Shown: positions 21,403 to 33,924, counted from the whole stretch's first letter. The stretch is DNA of 63,307 nucleotides, filler included, from Alcyonidium flabelliforme (GCA_026167845.1; 46 parts of 46 records of this genome joined end to end with filler, not necessarily neighbours in it), one strand, 5' to 3'. Notes: generated from the sequence alone by a model not told the origin. Numbers and translations are program-made.

Positions 21403-24400
21403 NNNNNNNNNNNNNNNNNNNNNNNNNNNNNNNNNNNNNNNNNNNNTTAATTAATTAANNNNNNNNNNNNNNNNNNNNNNNNNNNNNNNNNNNNNNNNNN
21501 NNTACTTCAACATATTATAATTAAATGAAAGCAATCATTTTGCATAAAATACGTTCGTGCTATGTAATTTTGAACCTTTCCCGGTTTGTGCTACCATCTA
21601 GCAAAGTTCATAGAGGTCATCTCCCCTGAACGCGCACGTGTTAAAGCTAAGCGCCTTTCTGTTTATTTGAAGTGCAGTCTAAAGTGTGCTGGAAAATATT
21701 TCAATTATTATCGACACCAACGTATGCCAAGTTTAATGATTCGGACAGTGCAGTAGTTAAACGTGTCTAGATTCTAACCGGACACTTAAAATTCTCACTA
21801 AAATGGATTTTGGTGGTAGAATTTCGATGTTTACAACAGGCTATTCGGGCACCTTGCAATGGTATTTTTTCAACATCTTTTATCCTGTTGCGACGGAATA
21901 AATGCATTCGTGTGGATAACTGTATGAGGACAGGTAGAGATACAGCGTCTGTTTCAGAAACCTTTGTGTTGTGTACACGTTAAACTGTAATTTCGCAATT
22001 TTTGGTTTAAGCATAAGATTATGCTTGATTTGCGCCCTAATTCATACCATTCATGTGGATGTATGCAATGTAAAAAATAATATATTATAATAATGCCCAT
22101 TTTTGCATCCTTGAAATTCAACAAAGGCGAGTACTTAATAATTGTGTTCATCTGGATGTAATATCCCAGGTAAGATGAGGGATTTTAGTCTCCGTTTGTG
22201 AAGGGGGATACAGTAACATAGCAAATTACTCATGGTATGGATGGTACTGCATAAATCCTTAGAATCATACCGGGTTTTTACAAATTAAAATTTTGAAATG
22301 CCCAGCATTTTACTTTAATCTTATAAAAATAAAAAATATTTTTATCTTAAACCAGATTTTCTCTATGCTTTTGTGATATTGCCGTCATTTTGACAACAAT
22401 TCAGGGGAGGTAATTCCTAAGTGCAGTTGCACCAGATACAAGGGAGACAACTCTGCAGCAAGTATTCCAACTGTTAAAACGCTACTAAAACGCTTGGAAT
22501 GCATGTTTACCAGTTGTTACCATTTTAGTTCGAACTTAATCATTAATTTTGGTAAGTTGTGAAAAAATTAAAGTAATAAAACAATTTCTATTAAATAAAA
22601 ACGATTTCCATGGTAACGGATTATGATTTTATTTTTATTATTTAATTTTTGTTTATAACTTGTGTAGGTAAAGCCTACAATAGTGAAAAGGATCCAATCG
22701 CTTTCAGTGCAAAATTCGGGATCAAGAGGGTTAAAGAATCCTAACTTTAATGCTAGTTTTTCGTGTAGGACGGCAGATTGTGGGGATGAATGCCAGGAAA
22801 GCGAATTTTTTCAGTNNNNNNNNNNNNNNNNNNNNNNNNNNNNNNNNNNNNNNNNNNNNTTAATTAATTAANNNNNNNNNNNNNNNNNNNNNNNNNNNNN
22901 NNNNNNNNNNNNNNNCTAAATCTGCTCTTACTTGCCTTGTCCATTCACTCAGCTAAACATTTGTAATCACCCAAAACTGACCCAACGCACACATATCACG
23001 AAATACCCAGATAAGACCAGTATAAATAAAAAAATCGTAGGGGTCAACAAGTGCAAAATTAGATTACTAGGCAAATACAGCATCGACACATGACAAAGAA
23101 CACTCATATGCTAGTTAACATATCTGTATGAACAGACACAGATCAACTCGGTCAGGGGATATACCTCTACAAACAGGTGCAGCAATCAAGTTATATATAG
23201 ACCATGGCCAGTGCATTTTCTAAAGATTTGACATGCTTGCCTATTGTTGTTAACAAAAGGAGGCTTCGGGTTTATCTGAACAACAAGATGTACACACACA
23301 TACATGCACACTCACGCACAGAACTGTAACAGGTATATGAACTATCTCTGTTTGCACTCATGACTCATGTGCTCGCTAACGGTTTTAGGCTATATCCGAC
23401 TTTGAGTGGAAGACAGGCTAATTTCGATATATTTCACAGTTAATGTACCTGCTTTGTGTATCCTGTCAACCAAAATCACTCCCCATTTTCTGATTAAACA
23501 CGTTTAGGCTGTAGATCATGTACTTTGAAATATATAGAGTATAATCCGTAATCGTGTTCATGGGGGCCGCCATATTGAATTACTCCGAGGGGGCCGCTTG
23601 ACACATTGGTATAAGGACACAATTGATTTTCCCATCCACTTCTATAGTAAATTCATGTAATTTAAATCATTATAAAAATGTCCCAAACATTGCGCGAAGA
23701 AAATTACCTGTTAAGAACTGAAGATTATTATGTATACTACTCCCAGTTAATTTTTCGTGCAGGCATGACCACCAAAATTTTTTGCTATTCCACTATGTAG
23801 ACTACCCCCAGGAAAATGCAACCTAACAACTGACAAAATTCATAGCTTTGCCCTAGCTCAAATAATCCCATCAAATTTTGGTGTATTTTACTTTAAAAAG
23901 CTAATATTAGTTTCAATCTCTTGTACAGTGATTTACCTTTCAAACAGAAACAACCAAAAAAGCCAGCGCCAAGGAGGAAAAAAGAAAAAATCATAAATTT
24001 AAGGTTTTCGCACTTCTTCCAGCAGGGCCAGACCACTCCGCCACCACTGTGGTTACATCAATTGTGACCTTATGCCAATTTGAAAATGGCATCTCTGAGA
24101 TTCTTGACGAGCACGATGAATTTCTGTTAAAAAACATCTTGACAAAGCGTACAGTTCAATTTTTTGAAGAAATACCTATCGTTTATAATAACATTAGATG
24201 TCATAACCCCCCCACCCAAGNNNNNNNNNNNNNNNNNNNNNNNNNNNNNNNNNNNNNNNNNNNNTTAATTAATTAANNNNNNNNNNNNNNNNNNNNNNNN
24301 NNNNNNNNNNNNNNNNNNNNATGTTAGTTAGTGCGTGCACGAAACTCAAAAAAAATAATTTTTGTTAGTACCCATTCCAAAATGAAAATGAACATATATT

Positions 24401-25240
24401 TATCAAACAAAACAAGTTAGAAAATTGAATGCTTACCTGTGTTTCCAGAAAAAGTAAATGACTCCGACATGTAAGAGATGATAATAAATTAAATAAATCT
24501 ACATCATCATAATAATTGATATTTTATGAGAAATCTTTGTGGAACACCATTATTTTGTTTCCATATAAACTGTGATCACTAAAACATCAGCTTTCTTAAT
24601 TACTCTTTGGGGTTTTGCTTATGCCATTAAAAGTAAAAAGATACACATTGAAGTGATATTGAAAATACCCGTGAAGGACCCCTAATAACCAGACTGAAAC
24701 ATTGTAACTCAAATATTACATGTTTAGTTAAAATGCCGACGAGGCTCCCGAAGGGCGTTGAGTGTTTGCTTTAATTTGTCTGTATGACGTCGAACACGTG
24801 GTCCAGTGTTGGGGGGTATAGTCTGAACTGTATTGTAAAACATTCCCTTAAGCTAAAGTCTTGAGAGCTATGTGGAAAATGAAGCGCTCAAGAGCGTGGA
24901 TTAAGAGTAAGATGTGTCTGAAGCCGGGGTCTGACTGGGAGATAGTTGGATCAAAATGTAAATAATTGAAAGTATGAATTAAAACGTATTTTTTTTGTAA
25001 ACGTCTATGTCGCTGGAAATTGACATATTTTGAAGAAACAAAAAATGGGTGGGCGCTTGCTCAAATGATTTAACCGCCCATACTCGCAACCCCACCCACC
25101 CCCGACTTCATGAAAATCTCACTCTTAGCCGCCCAGGGCGCTTACGCGCGGCAATACGGAACTATAAAAGTTCACTACATGATTTTTAACGTACTTATAG
25201 TGAAAAAACACCTAAATTTCAGTGTTTTGACGAAACTGTT

Positions 25241-25388
25241 GAACTCGTTAGAATTCGTTAGAACTCGTTAGAACTCGTTAACCTTCGTTAGAACTTCGAG
25301 ATCCCATGTTCGTTCTAACGAATTGAACTCGTTAGGCTAACGAATTGAACTCGTTATATAACGAAGATCTAACGAGTTCTAACGAAGG
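25241..25388. repeat. 10-bp tandem repeats (GAACTCGTTA) with inverted copies (TAACGAGTTC)
   Basis: About five tandem units at 25241-25290; reverse-complement units at ~25315-25388. Confidence 0.85.
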
Positions 25389-26055
25389 GATTGTTCAAGA
25401 AGGGTGACTCTGACATTATCTACATTAAAAAATATATTTACGCTCGAGTAGAATGAGATCACCGCAACAATATTTTAAAAAGATGAAGTGGTTTTGGCGG
25501 GAATTTGGCTTTGGAATTTTTCGTTGATCTTGCCTTATTCAACCATAAAACACGTGCTAACAATTGTCAGCAAGTGAGTAGGTGTGTCCTTAATTTTATG
25601 CATGTTTATTACATCAAGGATANNNNNNNNNNNNNNNNNNNNNNNNNNNNNNNNNNNNNNNNNNNNTTAATTAATTAANNNNNNNNNNNNNNNNNNNNNN
25701 NNNNNNNNNNNNNNNNNNNNNNTCGGTCAAGCCTCTGCAGATGTGTTTGATTGGTGGTATCATGTGCAAGGTCTTTGATTGTCTTCAACAGTTGAATGCA
25801 GGATGACACAGTCTTCAAACACGCACCTGGAACATCAAAATTATGGTAAAATGAATCAATGTTATTATTTTTGAGCTCCTATTCTATAAGTCATTTGATT
25901 TGTACAGTTCCCTGAATTAATGAAGTTTCTCCATTACGTTTTTAAAACTTGATAAAAATATATGAAGTGCCGGTACTGACTTGTGTAAAATATGTATAAA
26001 TAAATAAATAGCTAAGACGGTTAAAAAGTCAGTATAGTGTATTAAAACAGTAAAA

Positions 26056-26093
26056 CTCCAGACGTTCCGGGCGTTGGCCCTTCTTCAGTGGAA
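26056..26093 (-). ncRNA. Minimal type I hammerhead-like motif (GAAA box reads GGAA)
   Basis: Minus strand TTCCA-CTGAAGA-A-GGGC-caac-GCCC-GGAA-CG-TC-TGGAG. Confidence 0.65.
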
Positions 26094-26149
26094 AGTAAAA
26101 GGCAAATGACAAGGCTACAAGGAAATGAGCTCAGATACAGGTGGTTATA

Positions 26150-26951
26150 TCAGGTGACCGGAAAAAAACGCCTTCAACATTTGGAATCTCATATCTCAAA
26201 AACCGTATAAGCTATGGCAACAAAATTTTGCACAAGTGTTATTCATCCCATTTTGATTTGATTGTCATATTTTCATAACAAATTTTAAAAAATCGTTGCC
26301 ATGACAACAAATTTACCTAAGGAAGTAGTGAAATGAAAATGTCAGACATTTTGTGAAGTGCATTTGGGTTAATTGCCTATTAAATTCAGAATTTTTCATT
26401 ATTTTTTTAAATGAAATTTGACAAAATTGGTTGCAAGTATATATGTGGAAAAAATCAGCATGATGTCTCTATGATTCATGTCAAAATGAACATCATTTTG
26501 ACAACATGCTGAGTTGAACTCAAATCTCCAAACCATCCTAATCATTATCACTGTATGTGGTAAATAAGCAGGTCAATATTGATACTTTTCTCCAATTAAA
26601 AAGAACTAAACAAGATTTTTTTAACATAGCCGTGTAGATCGATATGTTTTCTTTAATTCCACAAACTGTGGGTCATTTTGTTTAAGAAATATGGGCACCG
26701 TAGCTTTTGCGGCATTGCTTGTCAGAATATCTAATTGTACGCATATTGGACTGTTTTGACATTTCTCTGAGTAGACTCGTTATAGTTAAACTCTTGCCAA
26801 GGACACATTTTTTCATTAAATCCTACAAAATTACGCAGACAAATACAAAATAGATGCATAAAATAGCTGTGAAAAATTTGTTGATTTTGAAAAAGATTTG
26901 CAAAAAATACAAGCTTTTAAAAGTTGAAGACGTTTTTTTCCGGTCACCTGA
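26150..26951. mobile_element. Non-autonomous Tc1/mariner-type element (MITE), complete
   Basis: TIR TCAGGTGACCGGAAAAAAACG(C/T)CTTCAAC at both ends with 1 mismatch, flanked by TA; no transposase ORF. Confidence 0.85.
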
Positions 26952-27123
26952 TATATTTTGTCTTGGTGACGATTCGCGAATTTTAGATGTATTTCACGAA
27001 AACAATAATTTTGTTCCATATTTNNNNNNNNNNNNNNNNNNNNNNNNNNNNNNNNNNNNNNNNNNNNTTAATTAATTAANNNNNNNNNNNNNNNNNNNNN
27101 NNNNNNNNNNNNNNNNNNNNNNN

Positions 27124-27950
27124 ACGGGAATGTGCTTATCCTTTAGCGGTGCCGGGTCGATAATGTCGGCGTCGGCCGGAGGTTGGTAGCCTTCGCTTGG
27201 CGGCCGGTCCTGCGCCTCGTGCGAGCGGTTCATCATGTTGAGTAGCTCCGACGACAACGGCACGTCTCCATCGTTGCAAAGAGCGTGAACGCAAGACTTG
27301 GCACACATCTTGCCAAACGCCGGGTCGTCCTCATGCCACTTCTCTTTTTTCTGACGCTTGGCTTTGACCGCTGCTTGCCACGTTTTTGAGTATTGGTCCC
27401 GATGTGATTTGCATTTGGCAACCGTCCAATACACGTTGATCTTCATGCCGTTGTTGAAGTGCATAACGGCATAGGCAGCGGTGACCGGTTGCTCGTGGCG
27501 TTTCTCTTCGTCGGATTCCACGTGAGCGATGTCTTGCATCTTGGACGTTGGCCGCGTGATCGTGTCACCCAAACGAACAATTCCCATTGTGAGCACGCCT
27601 TGCCCGGATCTTCGGACCAACTCTTTCACGCCCTTGTATGAGAGTTGGAGATTGGCTTGGTCGCCATACGGCACAACGTAGGCTTGGCCGAGTTGCCCGG
27701 TTGACGCGATCTCAAGACCGTACGTCGCGGCCTCAACCAAACAACGGCCAATACTCACCGGCGTACATTTGAGCAACACACTTGGATTGGTTGCTATGAC
27801 GTTAAACAACGTTCTCACTAACGCATCGGGGCGAACGTGAGACGGCACGGCGGCCGCGATCTGCGGCATGAGCTCCTTAACTTCCTCATTCAGTAGCGCT
27901 AGCGCTGTGTCGTATTTCTTCTGATCCGTCTTGCTCAATGTCCCGGCCAT
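27124..27950 (-). CDS. recT: RecT-family single-strand annealing recombinase (phage; 3' truncated)
   Basis: LLKCTPVSI..CLVEAATYGLE..LGQAYVVPYGDQANLQLSYKGVKELVRRSG; MCAKS. Confidence 0.92.
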
Positions 27951-28239
27951 GGTTCAAACCTTCCAAAAATGAATTGATGTTTTCTCTAAACGAATCGAGT
28001 GCGGCCACCAGCGCAATGGCCCCAAACGATTCACACGTCTCACAAATCAACGGGCACCATATGCACGGCTTGCCGGGGTGGTACCGTTGCCCAAACTCCG
28101 CTGAGAAGTAGGCAACCGCCGACGATGGTGAGTCGTCTCCACCGGCGTAGGCCAATACAAGCTCCGCGTGGTGCCCGTCGTCCAGCCGATGGCACGTTGC
28201 AATCCACTCTTGCCACTCCTCATCGGTGATGTCCTCCAT
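27886..28239 (-). CDS. Phage hypothetical protein with CxxC motifs
   Basis: AG-rich RBS; CIWCPLICETC; directly upstream of recT. Confidence 0.5.
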   Translation of the reverse strand: MEDITDEEWQEWIATCHRLDDGHHAELVLAYAGGDDSPSSAVAYFSAEFGQRYHPGKPCIWCPLICETCESFGAIALVAALDSFRENINSFLEGLNHGRDIEQDGSEEIRHSASATE

Positions 28240-28734
28240 TTTGTTTCTCTCTAAAAATTGGTGAGAGACCGACTCCCATGATCAAACGAGAGCCGGCGTT
28301 ATCGGGAGCTAACCGATCACCTCACCAACTCCATGAGCTGAGCCACATAAGTAGGTAGATACGGGCGTCACTCTCTCGATCTGTACAACCGAGATCACTC
28401 AAGGATTCCATCATTGCTTCNNNNNNNNNNNNNNNNNNNNNNNNNNNNNNNNNNNNNNNNNNNNTTAATTAATTAANNNNNNNNNNNNNNNNNNNNNNNN
28501 NNNNNNNNNNNNNNNNNNNNGTTTCCATAAAAAAACAAAAACATATTTACAAAATAATTATAATTATACATAAATGTGAACATATGTGAATCAAACAATA
28601 AATAAGTGAATTAATTATGGTGGAGACTCTCAAAAGGTTAAAAAACCGCTGGCATGAGAGCCACCAATTTAAATTAAAGATACTAATAAATTAGTTTTAT
28701 AATGCATTATAAGCTATTTTAAAACAAAATAGTT

Positions 28735-29469
28735 TCAGAAAATGACAAAAATCTTACATGTAATTTTTATATTTGTATATATCGGCAATATATCTTCATT
28801 GATGCAAAAGTTGTTGAATAACAAGCTTTTTTGACAGTTCAGAATCTTTATTTCCGTCCGTTCATATTCCCTGAACAAGCTCCTCACATGTGCGTCACAC
28901 GTATATAATAACTGTCCCAAAGACATACATAAAACATAAAAAACAATCAAAGGCGATATTTCGACAACCATTTGTCATTTACCAGCAAGTCACAATAAAA
29001 TGTCAGCCAACGCGCAAGTCGCTGCGGCCAAGCCCAAATACAATAGAGAAATTTGCATAACAGAGAACTACTAACTATGCGTGATCTATTCAGTTACAAT
29101 TAACACCCACTGTGAATTTTACAACCGATGCGGGTAAATACTATGAACACTGAGCTAGGAAAATAATGACAATACGCGTTTAAACCCAGTATCTTGCAAA
29201 TTAATAGTCGGTTTTTCAAACTTAATGAGCAGAGATTCGAGCAATACCAATCTATGAAAGTCATGTTCAATATACCTTATTACATTGTTATCAACAATTT
29301 CAGATCGAGTTATTTTTCTACCATGTTTTTGTTCAAAGTGCTCTTTTATCGCTCCATTTTGCAAATGCATTGATAGACGACGAGATAAGGAACAAACAGT
29401 ATGACCAATATATTGATGTCGTTCACCATGGTTAGCCCCAAAACATTGAGGCACTGGACATGAAAACAA
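28735..29469 (-). mobile_element. Penelope-like element remnant: GIY-YIG 3' end followed by the 5' start of the ORF (pseudo-LTR/tandem arrangement)
   Basis: FSCPVPQC..YIGHT..LSRRLSMHLQNGAI..LESLLIKFEKPTINLQ; then MSLGQLL..REYERTEIKI..LLFNNFCINEDILPIYTNIK. Confidence 0.8.
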
Positions 29470-29723
29470 AAAAAAATATATACCAATTTCTAACTACCAA
29501 TATGATGATGTAAATCAGGATGAATTTTCAACATTTCAAAATGTTCAGTTTAGGAGATATGAGGCGTTAAATTTGGGGCCACCCGATATATTGTTATATA
29601 GTTACATACTTTTAAATTGAAAATATCCTTAATGCTGACTGGAACTCCATATAAAGCCCCCTTCTCTGATGTCTCTTCAAGTGCTTTCACATCACCCTAA
29701 ATGCAAAATAGTGTTTATTATTA

Positions 29724-29809
29724 CCGTATTCTCCCTAATAAGCGCCCCTGCCCCTATTATAAGCGCCCCCCTAGCTGTTTTCAGATTTTACTGGAATAAG
29801 CGCCCCCTG
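29724..29809 (+). mobile_element. Probable MITE end with sub-terminal ATAAGCGCCCC repeats
   Basis: TA|CCGTATT start and three ATAAGCGCCCC copies before the spacer. Confidence 0.55.
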
Positions 29810-29909
29810 NNNNNNNNNNNNNNNNNNNNNNNNNNNNNNNNNNNNNNNNNNNNTTAATTAATTAANNNNNNNNNNNNNNNNNNNNNNNNNNNNNNNNNNN
29901 NNNNNNNNN

Positions 29910-30095
29910 GTGATTTACTTATGTCTTCCAGAATCGGAGCGGTTACAAATATTAGGGGGTTCCGACGATGAGGTGTTTGAGGAGTTCCCGACCGATGAGC
30001 TCATGGCTATTTGGATTAATGTGATGGCCGCCAACGGTCGTCAAATGAAAGCCGCTGCCGAAAAAAAAAGTGGCAACTTAACCAAGAGCAGTTGA
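29910..30095 (+). CDS. Phage tail assembly chaperone, gpG-like C-terminus (5' truncated)
   Basis: Ends just after an A9 slippery run (EKK); two genes upstream of the tape measure gene. Confidence 0.7.
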   Translation: MIYLCLPESERLQILGGSDDEVFEEFPTDELMAIWINVMAANGRQMKAAAEKKSGNLTKSS

Positions 30096-30451
30096 GCGAT
30101 TGGTCCATGTCCATTGCTCTTGGTTTCAAATGTCCGCGCGAGATGCTGAATTACTTGGATGCGGAGGAGCTCGCTCAAGTCTGGGAGGTCATGGCTCGGC
30201 GGCCGTTCGGACCAATGCGAGACAACCTCCATACCGGCATGATTGTGAGTGCCGTGAGTCGTGGCAAGATTAGGGCAGACCGCAACATTATTGAGTTACA
30301 GGAAGCATTGCAGGGAGAGCGAGATCGTATCGCACAATGGGGAGAGCAATTCATGGCGATGGCACCGGTCAAGATCAGCGGGACGCAATTGCCAACGCCA
30401 AAGAATCCAACCGTGCCAGACTCCGCCGTCGCTCTAAAAACCGCCAAGTAA
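30061..30451 (+). CDS. Tail chaperone frameshift extension (gpT-like, -1 frame)
   Basis: -1 frame open from the slippery site: KKWQLNQEQLSDW..EMLNYLDAEELAQVW..RPFGPMRDNLHTG. Confidence 0.7.
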
Positions 30452-30494
30452 AGCGCCGACCCAAGCTCGGCATGCACCGTAGAAAGCTTAGCAA

Positions 30495-31185
30495 ATGGCA
30501 GCCAATCGATTAGCGTCGTACGCCATCCAAATCGTGAGCAACACGGACGCTGCTCAAAGTGGATTCAGCCAACTGGAAGTAAGCGCAAAAGGCTTAACGA
30601 ATAGCCTTGAGAATCTCGCATTGGGTTTCTCAGTTGGTGCCGTATTGAGTTTTGCGTTTGAAGCCGCCGAGACATTCCGAGAGCTTGGCGATGCTGCCAA
30701 GTTCGTGAATATTGGTGTGGAGGCTTTGCAGGTTTTTGAGAATGCCGCAAAACGTATCGGCCGAGAACTCGATGACGTCACCGGGCTCATCGAAGAATTC
30801 CAAATCCGCATTGGTGACGCGTTGGCCGGTACCGGGCCGGCCTTGCCATTCTTCGAAGAGTTTGATTTAGCGCCGCTAGATCTTCAGCAATTGCCAGTCG
30901 AGGAGGCGCTCGATCGAGTCGCCGTAAAGCTTGAGGATCTATCCGACCAACAACGAATCTTTGCATTGGATCAGATCTTTGGTGGCGACGGTCCAAAACT
31001 CAACGCTCTATTTGCTGATTGGTCTACAAACATTGCGGAGTCGTCCGATGAGCTCGATCGGTTTGGCGCTAAGATAAGCCAACTCGAAGTGGATCAAATA
31101 ACGGATTCTCTCCGCCAATGGGACTTGCTGCTACAAGGCATCAAAGTCCAAGCCGGTGAAGGGTTCGCTAACGTTACTGCATTAT
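30495..31185 (+). CDS. Phage tail tape measure protein, N-terminus (3' truncated)
   Basis: Ala/Leu-rich helical sequence; LGDAAKFVNIGVEALQVFENAA, IFGGDGPKL; follows the chaperone pair. Confidence 0.85.
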
Positions 31186-31869
31186 NNNNNNNNNNNNNNN
31201 NNNNNNNNNNNNNNNNNNNNNNNNNNNNNTTAATTAATTAANNNNNNNNNNNNNNNNNNNNNNNNNNNNNNNNNNNNNNNNNNNNCGCTATTGAGATGCG
31301 ACAAAATACCCCAGCTACTATCTAATGCCAAATTGATAAGGAAAAATTGAGCTTGGCAGAACTAATGATATAAGGACATGCAGAAACATTTAATTGACAA
31401 TGCCCACTAATTCATCCCATCAAGAAATGATTTTTATGACTACTAGGCCTGGATGTGCTAACCCCCTGCAAATAAACATAAAAGTGAATTTTAAGTGGCA
31501 CCCTCTAGAGCGCGCAGCACAGCGCCTGTCTGTTATTGGCAAGAAAATGTCCCACAAATTGATCATTATTTACAAATTTCAGTGAGATTGAGCAAGTGTC
31601 TACATGGACACAGTGTTTTAATGTAACCAAACTATTTTTTTCTATTTCTTTTTAATTTTATGAATATTTTTTTCATAATTTCCTACAAAAAAACAAATTC
31701 TTGAAGAAAATTCAGATTTTTCAAAGAAATCTGGATTAATTTTTAGAACAATTGTAAAAAAAGACTAGACCAGCTCAAAAGTGTTTAATTTCTAATCTGG
31801 TGACTGTACAAGCTGTGGTTATCAGCCTGTACTATGTCTGGGAAGTAAACTTTTAAGTTAAAAGTCATA

Positions 31870-32221
31870 ATGGACAGGCTCTACTCACCCGAAGGCTGCC
31901 AGTTTATCTCGGGGAAGCCTTCATCCAACAATACAAGACAGAAACTTGCTGCATGAAATTATCAACATGAAGCTGAGTATGCTGGCTGTTCAGGAGACAA
32001 AATTTCTAAACAACACAAATAAGGTTGAGGGGTTAAATCGAGCGATAAATGCAAACTTACCTAAAAATGTAACTCTGTCAAGAAACATTGAAGCTCGTGT
32101 GCATTCTGCTGTTCACAGGGTGATTCATGGTCCTGGTAATTTGGCTTTATTGAAACTTGAAGATGTTAATAAAGCACCCACCACTACTGCAATCAAACAG
32201 ATACAATTTGCAGATGAATAG
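31870..32221 (+). pseudogene. Degraded DNA-transposon-like coding remnant
   Basis: NTNKVEGLNRAINANLPKNVTLSRN resembles a transposase catalytic-Glu region; surrounding frames are broken. Confidence 0.3.
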
Positions 32222-32698
32222 GGAAAACAATATGTGAATAGTACAGCTGTGCAGATACACAAGGAACTCGTGAAACTAGTACAAGCCAGACAGTTTCACC
32301 GAGGCAGAAAAAGCGATTATCAGAAAAGGCAAGTAGACCCAGTGGCACCTTGTCATATTTTTGACTAGGGCATCTGCTCCTTCTTGCAGCTGGATATTAG
32401 ACACACACACACACACACACCCAAGGCAGCGGTGATTTGTATTCTGAAATAAGTTGTGACCCAGAGATAGCTTCGATTCTGAAATAAGTTGGGACACTCG
32501 AGCTGTGTGGATTGTTATACACAGTCATTTATTGTTAATATATAATCAAAAATGTNNNNNNNNNNNNNNNNNNNNNNNNNNNNNNNNNNNNNNNNNNNNT
32601 TAATTAATTAANNNNNNNNNNNNNNNNNNNNNNNNNNNNNNNNNNNNNNNNNNNNATGAAAGAAGCGATAAGCCGACACGGTTTAGCAGCGTAAAAAT

Positions 32699-32727
32699 AA
32701 AGGCGTCCTTCGGGGCGCTTTTTTTTT
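32699..32727 (+). terminator. Rho-independent terminator
   Basis: AGGCGTCC-TTCG-GGGCGCTT hairpin followed by a T tract. Confidence 0.85.
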
Positions 32728-32824
32728 GCGTGAAATACGGTAGTATCTTAAATGTAACTAGCTTATTAGCTTACAAACAAAACAGGCGCTTTCGAGCTGC
32801 CTTCAACACGTAAAGAGGAAAAAT

Positions 32825-33924
32825 ATGGAAGCACTTCATTGTGAAGAGCCTATAAGGTTCGTATCTGGAAATGCGTATAGTCTGGATCTTGATTATCTAA
32901 TCGAGAAGCCTGACGGTGTAGACTTACATTCTTATGACACCTTCGTGGTATTTTTAAGCGGTGGAAAAGATAGTGTCGCTTGTTTGCTTGAGCTCATTGA
33001 GCAAGGCATACCCAGGGAAAAAATAGAATGTCACCATCACTTAATTGATGGGGAAGGGCCTGAGTTTATGGACTGGCCTTGCACTGAGGAATATTGCAAA
33101 GCGCTGTGCAAAGCATTGGGCGTTAAGTTGTATTTTTCATGGCAGGCAGGGGGGGTTCTTCGGGAAATGGAAAGGGACAATGCGCCTACGGCGGCTGTTC
33201 TTTTTGAAACTCCCGAAGGTGAAACCAAAAAGGTCGGCGGTGATTCCGATAAGTTGGGAACCCGTAAACAGTTCCCAGCCCTTAGTGCAGACCTAAAAAT
33301 TCGTTGGTGTTCCGCATATCTAAAAGGGGATGCTGGGAAAAAGGAAATCAGCCATCACAGTAGATTTGAAGGAAAGCGTACCCTAGTTTTAACGGGTGAA
33401 CGCGCTGAAGAGTCGCCTAGTAGGGCTCGTTATGCCAACTTTGAGCCACATGCCAGTTCAGCGACGAAAGTTGCTCAGAAGGACGCACAGGGCCAAAAAC
33501 GAATAGGGCGCGATGGTAAAGTGATATTCGATATTAAACGCAACAAAAAGCGTTTCGTGGATCACTATCGAATCATTCAAGATTGGGAAGAAGAGCGAGT
33601 GTGGAATCTTATGAAGAAATACCGCATTTTACCTCATCCTGCCTATATTTTAGGGTTCGGTCGATGTTCATGCCTTATTTGCATTTTTGCCAGTGCAAAC
33701 CAGTTAGCAACAATTCAAATGTTCATGCCGAATCGGTTTGAGAATATTGAAGCGGTCGAAGCTAAATACGGCAAGACAATTCACTTTTCACGCAACAGTG
33801 ATAAAGAGGTTGTTCAAGTTCCGTTAGCGGAAGTTGCTGCGAAGGGTACGCCTTATCAGGTCGATAAGAAATGGCTAGAAATAGCCATGAATAGAGGTAC
33901 GTTCGCTCATGACATCATTGTAGA
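32825..33924 (+). CDS. PAPS-reductase-family (PP-loop, Fe-S) protein of mobile-element type (3' truncated)
   Basis: AGAGGA RBS; LSGGKDS PP-loop, RWCSAYLK, GERAEESPSRA, HPAYILGFGRCSCLICIF. Confidence 0.88.

Noticed and set aside
21503..24220. Short ORFs in two AT-rich eukaryotic fragments (also 56869-58078)
   Set aside because: No recognisable motifs; consistent with non-coding DNA
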